DNA from: Eledone cirrhosa
Lineage: Eukaryota
Assembly: GCA_964016885.1 (NCBI GenBank)
Contig: OZ024758.1
Coordinates: 8,060,001 to 8,124,000 of the forward strand
Length of the DNA stretch: 64,000 nt
Direction of reading: 5' to 3'
Part shown: positions 15,301 through 28,323 of the stretch, in pieces
Layout of the letters: every line of letters begins with the position of its first letter
Numbering within the stretch: position 1 is the first letter of the stretch
Notes under the pieces: model-generated
Seen by the model: the letters and a program-made list of their open reading frames with translations, nothing else
Databases searched by the model: none
Told to the model about the DNA's origin: nothing
Translations under genes and position numbers: made by a program

Positions 15301-18300
15301 GAGCTTACAGTCTGCTGTTTCCCCCCCCCCCTCCTCCTCCTAGACTGGAGCTTACAGTCTGCTGTCCCCCCCTCCCTCCCTGGACTGGAGCTTACAGTCT
15401 GCTGTTTTCCCCACCCTAGACTGGAGCTTACAGTCTGCTGTCCCCCCCTCCCTCCCTAGACTGGAGCTTACAGTCTGCTGTTTTCCCCACCCTAGACTGG
15501 AGCTTACAGTCTGCTGTCCCCCCCTCCCTCCCTCCCTCCCTCCCTGGACTGGAGCTTACAGTCTGCTGTTTTCCCCTCCCCTCCCTTTCTTTACTTTCAC
15601 TATTTTTTTTTATTTTTCATGGACAAACTTTCATGAATTGTAATTTCATTTTTTTTATTTTGAAATGAATTAAGCATTGGTTAACAGTTGCTTATAATAC
15701 AAAGTCAGTGAAGTTACAACAGTGGAAATAACAGTTGGATACGCTGGAAGTATATAATTTTATGATTTGGTGTTATGTAGCTTAAAAGACATCTACAAAA
15801 TAGTTTTATTACAAGAAATTGAGTGAAATATTAATTATATTCCTGTTTTGATTGGTTTATTAATCTAGGAGGTAATTAATAGTAATCAGTGGTATATTGT
15901 TGGGGGTACAGCTGCACACCCAACAATAATTGTTGTCGGAAAATTTGGTTCATAGAATATACCTTGTCAAGTCTGTAAAGTGGTTGTGCTGGTGTCACAA
16001 AAATTGCACCCAATATACTCTCTACAATTAATACTTTTGTTGGAACATTTTGTCATTTTTATTGGAAAATTAGTCTTTTATTTTTTTTGTCAGAAAATTA
16101 TGAACGTCTGCACCCCCCCAAAATGATAAGATCAATATATTTATAACAGTGATGTTGTAATTAATAGTGAGCTGATGTTTTACCAACCCAGTTATAGATT
16201 ATCTTAGAAATATTGAAAATATTGAAAACATCAATAAAACTCTATAAATAAACTCTATAAATCATTTGTCATTAAACTTGTAAGTTGACCATCCTCATCA
16301 TCATTATTATTATTATTATCACACGGTGGATTGGCATTATTGGTAGAGGATCGGATGCTATGCTTTGCGGCATAGAGTTATGGCCTTTTACGTTCTGAGT
16401 TCAAATCACGCCGAGCTTTTGCTTTGCCTTTCATCCTTATGGGGTTGATAAAATGAAGTACCAGTAATGCACTGGCGTAATTTGCTGTCCATTTTCCCTT
16501 TTATCAAAGGTTGAACAGATTGTCACAGGCTAAGTCAGTACTTCATCAGAGCCACTGATCTCACAGATAGGTTGAGACCCATCTATATAACTTAGATATG
16601 TTCCGGCACTCTACAGATTAAATTGACTCTATTCTCTAAATCAGGAATTTAGAGATTTAGCTCTCAGGGCTGTGAAGACTGGGGCAGTCGTCTTCTCAAG
16701 GAAGCCTTCGCAGTACACTCTGCATGGAGTTCCACTGAAGTAGGTAGAGAAGTTCAATTATCTGGGAGCTGTTTTCATGTGATGGAAGGCAGGAGGCTGA
16801 ATTAAATGTAAGAATTGCAGGAGCTGGTGCAGTAATGCACCAGCTCCAGCATTCGGTCGCCAGAAGAAGAGAGGTTAGTGTAAAAGCCAAATTTGCTAAC
16901 TTCAATTTGTTCATGTCATTCCTCTCCTATGGTCATGTATCTTGGGTAATGACCGAAAGAATATAACAAGCAGCCAAAATGGGGTTCCTCTGAAGGGTCT
17001 TTGGAATGACATTGCTTGATAGGCTGTGAAAGTAAAAAATCCAGGGAGTCTCTCCAGGTAGAGCCATTACTTTTCCAAATCAAGAGATCACAGCTCTGGT
17101 ACTGTGAACACGTGGTTAGATTATCTATGGAAAGAATTTCTGGATAGATTTTATGGGCAAAAATCAACCGATAGGAGATTCAGAGGTAGACCACGAGTTA
17201 GATGGTTGGATAACATCCAAGAGTTCAGTTGGTCTCGCTTTGGGATCCAGCCAGATCAATTGGAAATAGTTGCTTCTGATAGGACCCTCTGGAAGGCATT
17301 TCTGAGGACTCTGTCCTAATGATCTTCCCATGAATAAATAGATAAAGAAAAATAAAAAGCTATTGGTATTGGATTTGAGGTGGCATATAATTTGGTTGTG
17401 TTAGTTCCTTCAATTACGTTAGTCATATAGATGGATGTAAAATTAACCACAGTATCATATGAAAAAATAAGACAATCATGGTTTTGGCAGCATTTAATTG
17501 GATATTATTTGGGAGTATTTTACTTAAGTCTTCATAAATAACCAAAAGTGATACATGCTTTAAAGATTCGTAATTCCATCAGTGTAGTAGTGAACACTTG
17601 ATGGATAGCGCCTTGAACCAAATAAGGTGGAATAGTAATTTGTCATTATGAGAATGTCATGTTTTGGTATATAAAATATATTGGCATCTTTCTGTGTGGC
17701 ATACATAATTGCATATTAATAAAAGAGTTGGCATTGTGTATGTATTTCAGCTTTGTTTTGTACAACACACCTCGGTTATCTTGTAATCTATGTTATATTT
17801 TGCTCTGTCAGAAAATCTTTACTGGTATTAAGTCAGGAAATCTATATTAAAGAGATAAGCAGTGCAATAATTCTTCAATAGCTCTTTCTCTACCAATATT
17901 CATTTCTACAATTTGATTGACAGGGTTATAGTATCTCGACTAAGTACTGACCATCTAGTTAACCATATTCTAGTTAACAGCATTTTATTTTCTATTTATT
18001 TATTTTATTTTGTTTATTTATTTTATTTTTTATTCATTTTATTTTTATTTATTTTATTTATTTATTTTATTTTTTGTTTATTTATTTTATTTTTATTTAT
18101 TTATTTATTTATTGTTTGGTTTGCTCTCTCTCTCTCTCTCTGTTCCCATTTTTTTTTTTTTTTTTTTTTTTTGCACTAAGGAGATTAAAAATAAACTGAA
18201 ATTTTAACAGGGCTGAACTGAAGGGAAATGAGTTCAAAAATATATTTCTTGAAGACTTGACTGAAAATATATACTTTCCACTTTCATCTTCATCCTAATT

Positions 18301-21300
18301 GTTGTCAATGATTTCTTTTCATATTTTTTAATATATTTTTTTGTTGTTGTTGTTCTTAATAAAATATTAAAACCAAGAGAAGATTAAAATTTTTATCAGT
18401 TCCTTTCATGTCGAGAAGTATTCATTTGATGGGGAAAACTTTGAAAATGAAAGTAGAATATCATTATACAAATGGCAAATAAATAAGTTTTTCTTTCTCC
18501 ACTCCTTTTTTTTTGTTTTGTTTTTCATTAGTCAAAGAAAATTAGATGCAGAATTTTGATTAAAGTTTCACTAATCTTTTAAGGAATTTTTACCTTTTTA
18601 CTTCATATGTATATCAAACTTGCTTGACTGCTAGATATAAAATCAAATTTAAATTGGGAGGACTTATGAATATTTCACAATAGTTTTATCATGTTTATGG
18701 GAAGCCAATGAAATAATTTTCTTTTATTATTTAAATCATTAATTTTTGTGATAAAAGAGATGTTAAGGCTTTGCAGGTATAGTTTGTTCTGTTTTTATTA
18801 TTGTTTATGTGATAAAATAGATGTTAAGGCTTTGCTGGTATAGCTTGGTTTTTTTATTTTGGTTTTTGTGATAATTTTATTATTTTTGTGATAAAATAGA
18901 TGTTACAGCTTTGCTGGTATAGCTTGGTTTTCTTTATAATTTTTTACCTTGAAAATTAAGAAAGTGTCAATAATAATTAATGAAATATATTGATTTGTTT
19001 TCTAAATATTTTGTGTATTTCATTCTACCCTGATGGACTTAGATGAAGTTAAGTGCACTTGAATGATTCAACATCTTAAAGAATGTATTGAGTGCTGAAG
19101 GTTAACAACTGTGTATATTCACCAAAGTTGTATTCCATTAGATTAACTAAGTTACTTGCCAAAGTCTGTTATTGTTATAACATCTTTCAGTTGAATATTT
19201 TTCTTCCCTTTCAGAAATCCAATATGTCAGCAACTAGGCCATTGTATAATTATTATTTTTTGTTTTGTTTTTATACATATTTTAGATATTAATGAGATGT
19301 TTCAGTTAATTACAGTATTAACAATTAACAATTCTTATTTTCTTGCATTCTCATAATTAACCCTTTTGATGCCAAACTTACTGAAACTGCCCCCTGGTTC
19401 TCTGATACAATTTTATGTTTGAACCTCTGTTATGTTCCAAACACCAACACCAGCAAAATAATAAAAAGTTTCTTCTTTTTCTTTTTTCTTTTTTCTTTTT
19501 TCTTTTTTCTTTTTCTTTTTCTTTTTCTTTTTCTTTTTCTTTTTCTTTTTCTTTTTCTTCTTCTCCTTCTTTCTCCTCCTTCTTTTCCTTCTTCTTCTTC
19601 TTCTCCTTCTTCTTCTTCTTGGGTCCTGTCTAAAGCAACTATATCCAATTAATCCAGCTGGATCCCCTAACAAGACCAGCCATCCTGCTCAGGGTCTACC
19701 CGTGGGTCGCCTGCCAGTTGGTTTTGCTCATAAAATCTGTCCAGCGATTCTTTCCTGAGCCATTCTAACCACATGTCCATAATATCAGAGCTGTGATCTC
19801 TCAATTCAGAGAAGTGGTGGCTCTACCTGGAGCAACTCTGTGATTCCCGAGCTACAATATCAAGTAACGTTACTTCAAAGCCCCTATGGAGAAACCCCAT
19901 TTCGGGCACTTGTATTTGTGATTGTATTCTTTCAGTCATTCCCCAATTCATGACTATAGGTTGGCACAAATACTGCATGTCCGTGTGACAGCTCACACCT
20001 ATGCAGGTGTAGCTGGCCTCCTCCAAGGTATATCTCGTTGAAGGTGTCTTGAGTAATTTAATGATAGGTACCCCATTCCTATCATCTCATTTCTACAGCT
20101 GAGTAAACTGGAGCAACATGAAATAAAGTGTCTTGCTCAAGGAAACAACACATCACCCGGTCCGAGAATTGAACTCACAACCTTTCGATTGCAAGCCCAA
20201 TGCTCTAACCACTAAGCCATGTGCCTTCACGCACAAATACTGAATTAAAGCTAGTGAGTTTGGCTTTTACTAAATCCCTCAATTTTTGATTATTTTGAAA
20301 GTTATTTCAAAATCACAAGCAGTAACTTTCATTGGAAATACAGTAACAAATGTTTCAAATAATTTGTGGCCTAGATAAAATCGGGGAAAATATTTTTATT
20401 GTTTTGTTTTATGATTTTCTGACTGGTTATAAAACTGGATTCGCAATCGTGGGGTTGTGAGTTCGATTCCTAGACCAGGCAGTGTCCTGAGCAAGTTATG
20501 TCCTTGAGCAAGACACTTTATTTCACATTGCTCCTTCTACCTGGAATTGCAACTGATAAATAGTATTAGCAATTGGAAAGACCAACGGAAACACTGTTTC
20601 CTCGGTCCGATTTGACAAAAGTCGATCGACTGTCCTAATTTCTCGAAGCCATGTTATTTTTTTTATTTTAATCATCAACATCATCATCATCATCATCATT
20701 GTTTAACGTCTCTCTTTCATGCTAGCATGGGTTAGACGGGAATTGTCCCACTTGAGATTGATCAGGTGACCGCGTCTTGCTCGCATAGGACTGCATTTGG
20801 CAGGTTTTCTACAGCTGGATGCCCTTCCTACCATTTACAGTGTGGACTGGGTGCTTTTTGTCATGACACCTACACAACCTCTTTAGTGTAGACAGGATGT
20901 TCTGTGGTACCAACATAACTTCACAGAGAAAGAGTGGTGTTGGTGGGAGTGGGAGGATGGAGCAGGGGCAATGGGTTGGGGTGTATATTTGGTTAAGAAG
21001 TGCCTACTGACTGTGGGTTTAACTTTGTACGTAATGTGGACATATTTATTTTCTAACAGGCTGCAGTTTTATTGTTTTCTTAATTTGATGCCATTTGTGA
21101 TATATCTCATCTTTGATGTCTAATATTGGTTAATATTGTATTACCAGGTTGTCTCATCTGTTGCGTACTGTACTGTATATACCCTCCTCTGTACATTACT
21201 GGATCAGTTTCAAGAAGACACTGTAGGTGGTGTTGAGGTAAGACACAGCTATTTGTTTCATACTTTAACCCTTTAGTACAACATTGGTAGTGTGGAGAAG

Positions 21301-24300
21301 GGAGACTGGAATGCATGCCTGGACGTGTGCCTTGGAGGGGGAACTTCCTTTGTGCAAATCCCATGACTGAAGGGGTTCTTTAACAGTAAACTGGGATGTG
21401 TTGTATTAAGACAGTTAAGGAATTGATAATCCAGCACTTTACACCCTCAGTCATTTCACTTCTGTATTTTAAAATCTATTTAGAAATTGGATTGTTGAAT
21501 TATAAAGGTATTTATTTGTAAAACAACTGTTCCACTTCATGCGCTGATACAGACAGGTCCTCCACCTGTCACCAGATTATCTTACCATAGCCTTACTCTC
21601 ATTCAACGCAGCAGCTACAGGCTGGAAGAGGCCCCACAACAAACCCTGCACAAGATGGCTGCTTGTCATCAAGGAAGATCTCCAGAGGCTTTACGTCACC
21701 TTGGAGGATTCAGAGGGGCTGGCACAGGACCGCCAGCAGCGATGGAGGGCACATGATGATTCCTCTAGGATCACTGACCTAGGGTGACCCCAGTCTCATC
21801 AAGCAAGAGCAAGAAGAAGAAAACAACTGTTAATATTTCATAAATGTTTCTACTTTTGGCACAAGGCCAGCAATTATCCCAGTACATTACTGGTACTATA
21901 TTTTATCGACCCCGTAAGGATGAAAGGCAAAATCAACCTTGACAGGGTTTGAACTCAGACAATAAAGGGCCGTAACTCCATGCTGCCAATCCACCGCACC
22001 CTTATTTAATAAATAATCCCTATGCTAATCATTATACCATGAAGGCACATAGTTGTAAGGGAGGTGAACTGATGATGTTGGTGCCATAGGTTGTATTTGT
22101 GGTGAAGGCTGTGCCTTGTGTTTGTGACCAGGATGCTTTATTCCATGTTGTTTTTCATGATAGGACTGGGGCCTCCTATCAGTAAAACACCCAAAAAACC
22201 TCCTGTGACATACAACCTCATAAGAGGTCAGCTATGACTACATATGTCTGAGCTGTAAATTTAATTTCATTTTTCTTACACCATTTTTTGGTTTGTTGTC
22301 TAATAAAATATATTTAAAACAAAAAAAAAAAAAAAACAGATGCTATTGATAATTTTAACCCAAATATATATTTCTTCATTTGCTGTCATTTAAAAATCGA
22401 TATTTAACTCTTAACATCCTGCAATGATTTAGCAGAAAATATTTTTTTAAATGGGTTTGTTAATTCAGGTGATTGAAGTATATTTACTAGTGTACAGATC
22501 ATTGTGAAAATTTGCAATACATTAAAGACTTACTGTATATACTTGAATATAAGCTGAGGAATATGTGACTTGAGAAATTGCTGGTAGAAGGTTGGCTTAT
22601 ATACACCATCCAAACGATGTTTTGATTAGCTGCCCTGGTTTATAAATGAGGTTTCGATTTTCGCCTATTTCTCAGACATAAAATAGAGGGTTATATTCAG
22701 ATTAGCTTATATTTGAGTATATATGGTATAGATCAAGGGCATTCAACAGCCGGCCCACCAGACCAGTCAGAGTGGCCCGCAATGACCGTTTTTAATTTTT
22801 ACCTTGTAAGCTTATTTAGAATTTTTTTCATAACCAGACATTGATAAATTGTGCAAAAAACATCAAATACCAAGTCTCACATTAATAAAACTAAATTATA
22901 TTTTATATGTCTTTATTGTTTAAAAATGTATTGACATTGTATTTATGACTCAATTCACTGGTTTTCATTAGATTACATATTTTTGACAGTGACTGGCGCT
23001 AATTATGGTTCCAATGTTCAAAAATGGCCTGTCAATGGAATATGCTGCACGCCCCTGGTATAGATTTACTGTGACGCAGTCATAGTTGTGTTTTGTAATT
23101 TTCAAGAATGTTTTGTTAATGTTGCTTTAGGCAGTACAGGATGTTAAGAGTAAATTTATCTCTGAACTCCATCTTTAGACAATGAAATCAATGCAGATAT
23201 GTTTAAAATATTATGTATTAAAGCTGCTTCATATATTACAACTGCTACAATTTACAAAAACTGTCAATTAATTCAATTTTCAGGTTCTTTGCTCAGTAAT
23301 ATCTCAACTTTTGAGTAAACCATCCATTGCTAATGATATGTGGAGGCAGGTACGTAATTTTATGGTAAATAAATTGTTTGTTGGTGGCATTGTTTTGTCC
23401 CAAGTTAGCCCACATAATATAAGTTAACTTTTGTTGTTGTTGTATCCCAGGTCAGCCCATGTAATATAAGTTAACCTTTGTTGTTGTACCCCAGGTCAGC
23501 CCATGTAATATATGTTAACCTTCAGTATTGTTGTCCCAGGTCAACCCAATATATAATAAGTTAAACTTCAATATATTCAATATATAAACAATATATTAAC
23601 ATCAGTATGAGCGGCCAGTTACAGCTGGTTTAAATAGAAAAAGGTGAGAGAACTCTGGCCGGATATGGCCGATTTAAACGCTAAAGGTTAAAAATAAACA
23701 ATTGCCATCACTTCACCTCACAGAGCTATCAAAGTATTGTGTGGAAGAATGAAAGGTTTAAAAATACACAATTTCCATCCCTTTACTTCATACAGCTATC
23801 AAAGTGTTGTGTGACAGAATGGAAGGAATGAAAATACAAATGAATTCTAGGCTATAATTCTTATATATCTTGACAGTGGCAGATTCTGCCAAAATATATC
23901 AATGTAAAAACTTAAATGTGTTTCAAACTTTTTGTGAGCAAAAACTTAATTTTTTTTTTAATTTCAATGAGTAAAATATTTTATATCTAATACAAAAAAA
24001 TATCTGCACCAAAAACATCTATTTCAATTATTGGAATATCTACAACATGGTGCTACATTCTCTGAATGTTTCCTTCTAAAGTTGCTGCTTGCCATTGTTG
24101 TTGTTGGTGGTGGTGGTATTCTTCTTCTTCTTTTTCTTCTTCTTCTTCTTTTTCTTCTTTTTCTTCTTCTTCTTCTTCTTCTTCTTTTTCTTCTTCTTCT
24201 TTTTCTTCTTCGCCTTCTTCGCCTTCTTTTTCTTTGCCTTCTTTTTTGCCTTCTTCTTCTTTGAATTCTTTTTCTGTCCTATCAGAAGCAACTGTCTCAT

Positions 24301-25701
24301 TTAATCTCTCTGAATCACCAAGTAATACCAGCTGCATTCATGGGTGTAATCTAACCATCTTGCTTGGGTCAATCTCTGGGTATCCTGCCAGTTGGTTTTA
24401 CCCGTAAAAGAGTTAAGGTTAACATAGACTGGACTCGCCTGTTAACACTATTTCATCACTACACCCACATCCAACATGGCCACTCCCACCATTTCATTAC
24501 TACACCCACATCCAACATGGCCACACCCACCATTTCCTCACTACACCCACATCCAACATGGCCACACCCACCATTTCCTCACTACACCCACATCCAACAT
24601 GGCCACTCCCACCATGTCATCACTACACCCACATCCCACATGCAACCCTTTATTTTTCTACATTATTTCAATACTACAAGGTCGATAAAAAGAAAGTACC
24701 AGTCTAGTACTGGGGTCGATTCTTCCTCTCTATCTCTTTCTTACCTTCCTCTTCCTCTCTATCTCTTTCTTACTTCCTCTTCCTCTCTATCTCTTTCTTA
24801 CTTCCTCTTCCTCTCTCTAACTCTATCTTACTTCCTCTCTCTATCCTTTTTTGGAAGAAATCTGCTGTATTCAGACCTGGAGAGGAAATGGATTCCACCG
24901 GACTTAAAATGCCAAATATGTTAATACAGTACCCCCCCCCCCCCTTGATTCCATCAGGAGTTATGGAATGATATGATATGAATGATAGGAAAGGTTTTCA
25001 CTGTAGATTTGACAGTTGAATCATTCTTAACCCTTTTCTAATAAAATACACTGCTGCCTATGTCTCAAATTGTTTTTAAAATAATGAAAAATTTAGAGAA
25101 ATTTAATAAAATAGTTTAACTTTTTCATTGTTGGTTATATTTATCTAAAAACTTGCCATCATAATTTTATATAAGTTATGCTCCAAACACCAGCTGAATG
25201 GTGAGAAAGTAAGTTGTATTACTAAATCCCTCCAACTTGTTGATTATTTTCAAACTGATGTGAAAGTCATAAACAATGTCTCCCACTAGAAATATGGTAA
25301 CAAACAGATTAATTATAAATATTTCAAAACTGATTTGTCTAAAAGAAAAATAACAGGAGTGTTTCCATATCAACTGGTATCAAAAATATTTTAAATTTCA
25401 TGAAACACATTGTTTAGTATCTTTACATCGTCATTGTTCGCTACCTTCAATTGAACTTTACCACAGCGAGTTGTTTTCTAAATATTTTCATCATTGGAAA
25501 GCTATCCACTGTTCATTAAGAACTTAACATTGATTGTAGGAAATCATTAAATATGAGATTTCTTTTTGATACATTTGATGTTAAGATTTGCCTTCAAGGA
25601 ATTTGGCATGGAATTCTCTGTCAGTGATCTCTGCCATTGTAACAATGAAATCTTATGATTTCATCTCCTCATATTATTGAGAGCTTCAAAGATTATGAAA
25701 C

Positions 25702-25760
<59 letters not shown>

Positions 25761-26088
25761 GAGGCACATGGCTTAGTGGTTAGAGCATTGGCCTTGCAAT
25801 CGAAAGTTCAATTCTCAGACTGGGTGATGTGTTGTTTCCTTGAGCAAGACACTTTATTTCACGTTGCTCCAGTTTACTCAGCTGTAGAAATGAGATGATA
25901 GGGACTGGGGTCCAAATCATTCCACTGCAAAGTGGTCGTGGAGGTGCCACGGCAAAAAAGCACCCAGCATTCACTGTAAATGAGGTTGGTGTTAGGAAGG
26001 GCATCCAGCTGTAGAAATCAAGCCACAATCAGTTCCCGTCCCACCCTTGCAAGCAGGGAAAAGTGGACGTAAAATGAAATGATGAATG

Positions 26089-26119
<31 letters not shown>

Positions 26120-27978
26120 GGGGTGAATTGGCAGAGTTGTTAGAATGTCTGATAGAATGCTTTGCAGTATTTATTTCAGCTCTCTGAGTTCAAATCCCGC
26201 CGACGTCAACTTTGCCTTTCATCCTTTTGAGGTCGATAAAAAAAAAGTACCAGTCTAGTACTGGGGTTGATTCTTCCTCTATAAATCTTTCTCTCACACT
26301 TTCTCAGTTTCTATCCTTATCTACAAGAAATCTGCTGTATTCAGACCTGGGGAAGAGATGGGCTCCACCAGGTTTTAAAAATGCCCTAGAGTCCTTACTC
26401 TTCCCTTCTTTTTCATCTCATTTATGGCATTTATAGTCCTTTCCAATGCTGCTCTCTTTTACTGTATACAACTCAACTACGAAATAAAACTGTATTTTTT
26501 TTTACTGGCACTCAATTTGATTAACTAAAACTCTTCATGGTAGTGCTCCAGCATGGCCACAGTCTAATGACTGAAATGTGGTGCCCTAGCATGGCCACAG
26601 TCTAATGACTGAAATGTGGTGCCCTAGCATGGCCACAGTCTAATGACTGAAATGTGGTGCCCCAGCATGGCCACAGTCTAATGATTGAAATGAGTAAGTG
26701 AATATGTATATAAATAGATAAAGGAATATAGATAGGAAAGATAGAGTGTGATAGAATATATTCTAGAATACAGCAAGTTCTTAATAATTCATTGCCTGGA
26801 TATCCAAGTAAAAGTGTAAAAAGATGATCCTATCTTGTAATTAAAATTGAAATTCCTTAATTTAATAATGCTGTACTAGATTATCTTATCTCAATGTAAC
26901 ACATTCTGTTTGTTTAAGATTGCAATGTAAGAATTCCAATTTAACTATTTTCCTAGGATGATGATAACATTCCAATCCTCTGATAATTTATTTCAACTGG
27001 TATTAAACTTGACAAACTCTTGTGAAATAGTTACCTGAAAATTCTAGTCTAATTCATTAGAAAGTTCTCATTTGCCATTCCATTTTTTTTTTCTTCTGAT
27101 TTTGACATTTTTATTGGAAAATTTGTTTTGTCATTTTTTATTTCCTTTTTCCTTTAAAATTGTTGCCAATATATTATGCTAAACTTGCTGTGTATCCAGT
27201 TTAAAATAGGTACACCATATCCCTGTATGTCAGCTGACCAAGATACTCTCAGGGAATGACCAAATGAGGTTTATTTCTCAACATAGTCCCTGAAAAGAAA
27301 CAATTCAGTTATTAATAAGAAGAGTTGAAATTAATGCATGCTAGATTTCGCAGCTCTAGCATCACTCCTTCCTAGTCTGTCTATGAACTTTTCAGTTGAC
27401 CCTCCTATACCTAGGATATGGTATGGGTTGGCAGCATGAAGGGCATCCAACTATAGAAAACCTCTCAGTACCTGAAACCACATGACTGTGAAGGGAATTT
27501 ATTAACACCACAGGGGGAGGGGGGTCATAGACTGTAATCTCTCCATATTAAACATTTTTTTGTTTGAGATTTTATTTAGATTGTGAAAAAAATATTTAAT
27601 ATTAGTTCTCTCTCTCCCTATATCTCCTCTCTCTTCTCTCCCTCTCCTCCTTTCTCTCCCTCTCTCTCCCCTTCCTCTCCCTTTATCTCTTCCCCCTCTC
27701 TCCTTTCTCTTCCTCTCCCCTTTCTCTTCCTCTCCCCTTCCTCTTCCTCTCCCCTTTCTTTCCCTCTCTTCCCTCTCTCCTTATCTCTCTCTCTCTCTCT
27801 CTCTCTCCTACACCACCCCTACCCTCCACCTAAGCTCAATCATTATTTGCATTCATCCATCTCTTGATATGTCACCATTGAAAGCTGGTAGCTTAAAAGA
27901 AAGTCTGACTAAAATGTTAGACATTACATATGTAGGAGACAAGAAGAAAATACAGAAATAAACTTCATAAATAAATAA

Positions 27979-28022
<44 letters not shown>

Positions 28023-28163
28023 ATATATATATGTGTGTATATATATATATGTATATATATATTTATATATATAAATATATATATGTATATATGTATATAT
28101 ATATATATATATAAATATATATATGTATATATATATATATGTGTGTATATATATATATATGTT

Positions 28164-28194
<31 letters not shown>

Positions 28195-28281
28195 GTTTAT
28201 ATATATATAAATATATATGTTTATATATATATATATATATATAAATATATATAAATATATGTTTATATATAAATATATGTT

Positions 28282-28323
<42 letters not shown>

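Larger units (their letters stand above)
22404..23154. mobile_element. TTAA-type MITE, third family, hosting two nested DNA elements
   Basis: TIR CTCTTAACATCCTG / CAGGATGTTAAGAG; body homologous to 1052-1540, 14600-14910 and 31000-31600. Confidence 0.7.

Noticed and set aside
15122-15585. CRISPR array
   Set aside because: Spacers are low-complexity C tracts, some repeated; animal intron; no cas genes.
24031-24407. Poly-Lys, poly-Glu and poly-Phe ORFs (also 19413-19673)
   Set aside because: (TTC)n and (TTTTTC)n microsatellite translations.
25370-25690. Possible decayed transposase on the minus strand (also LINE-like decay at about 11000-11330 and 51850-52470)
   Set aside because: Only vague peptide resemblance with many stops; cannot be supported without a search.
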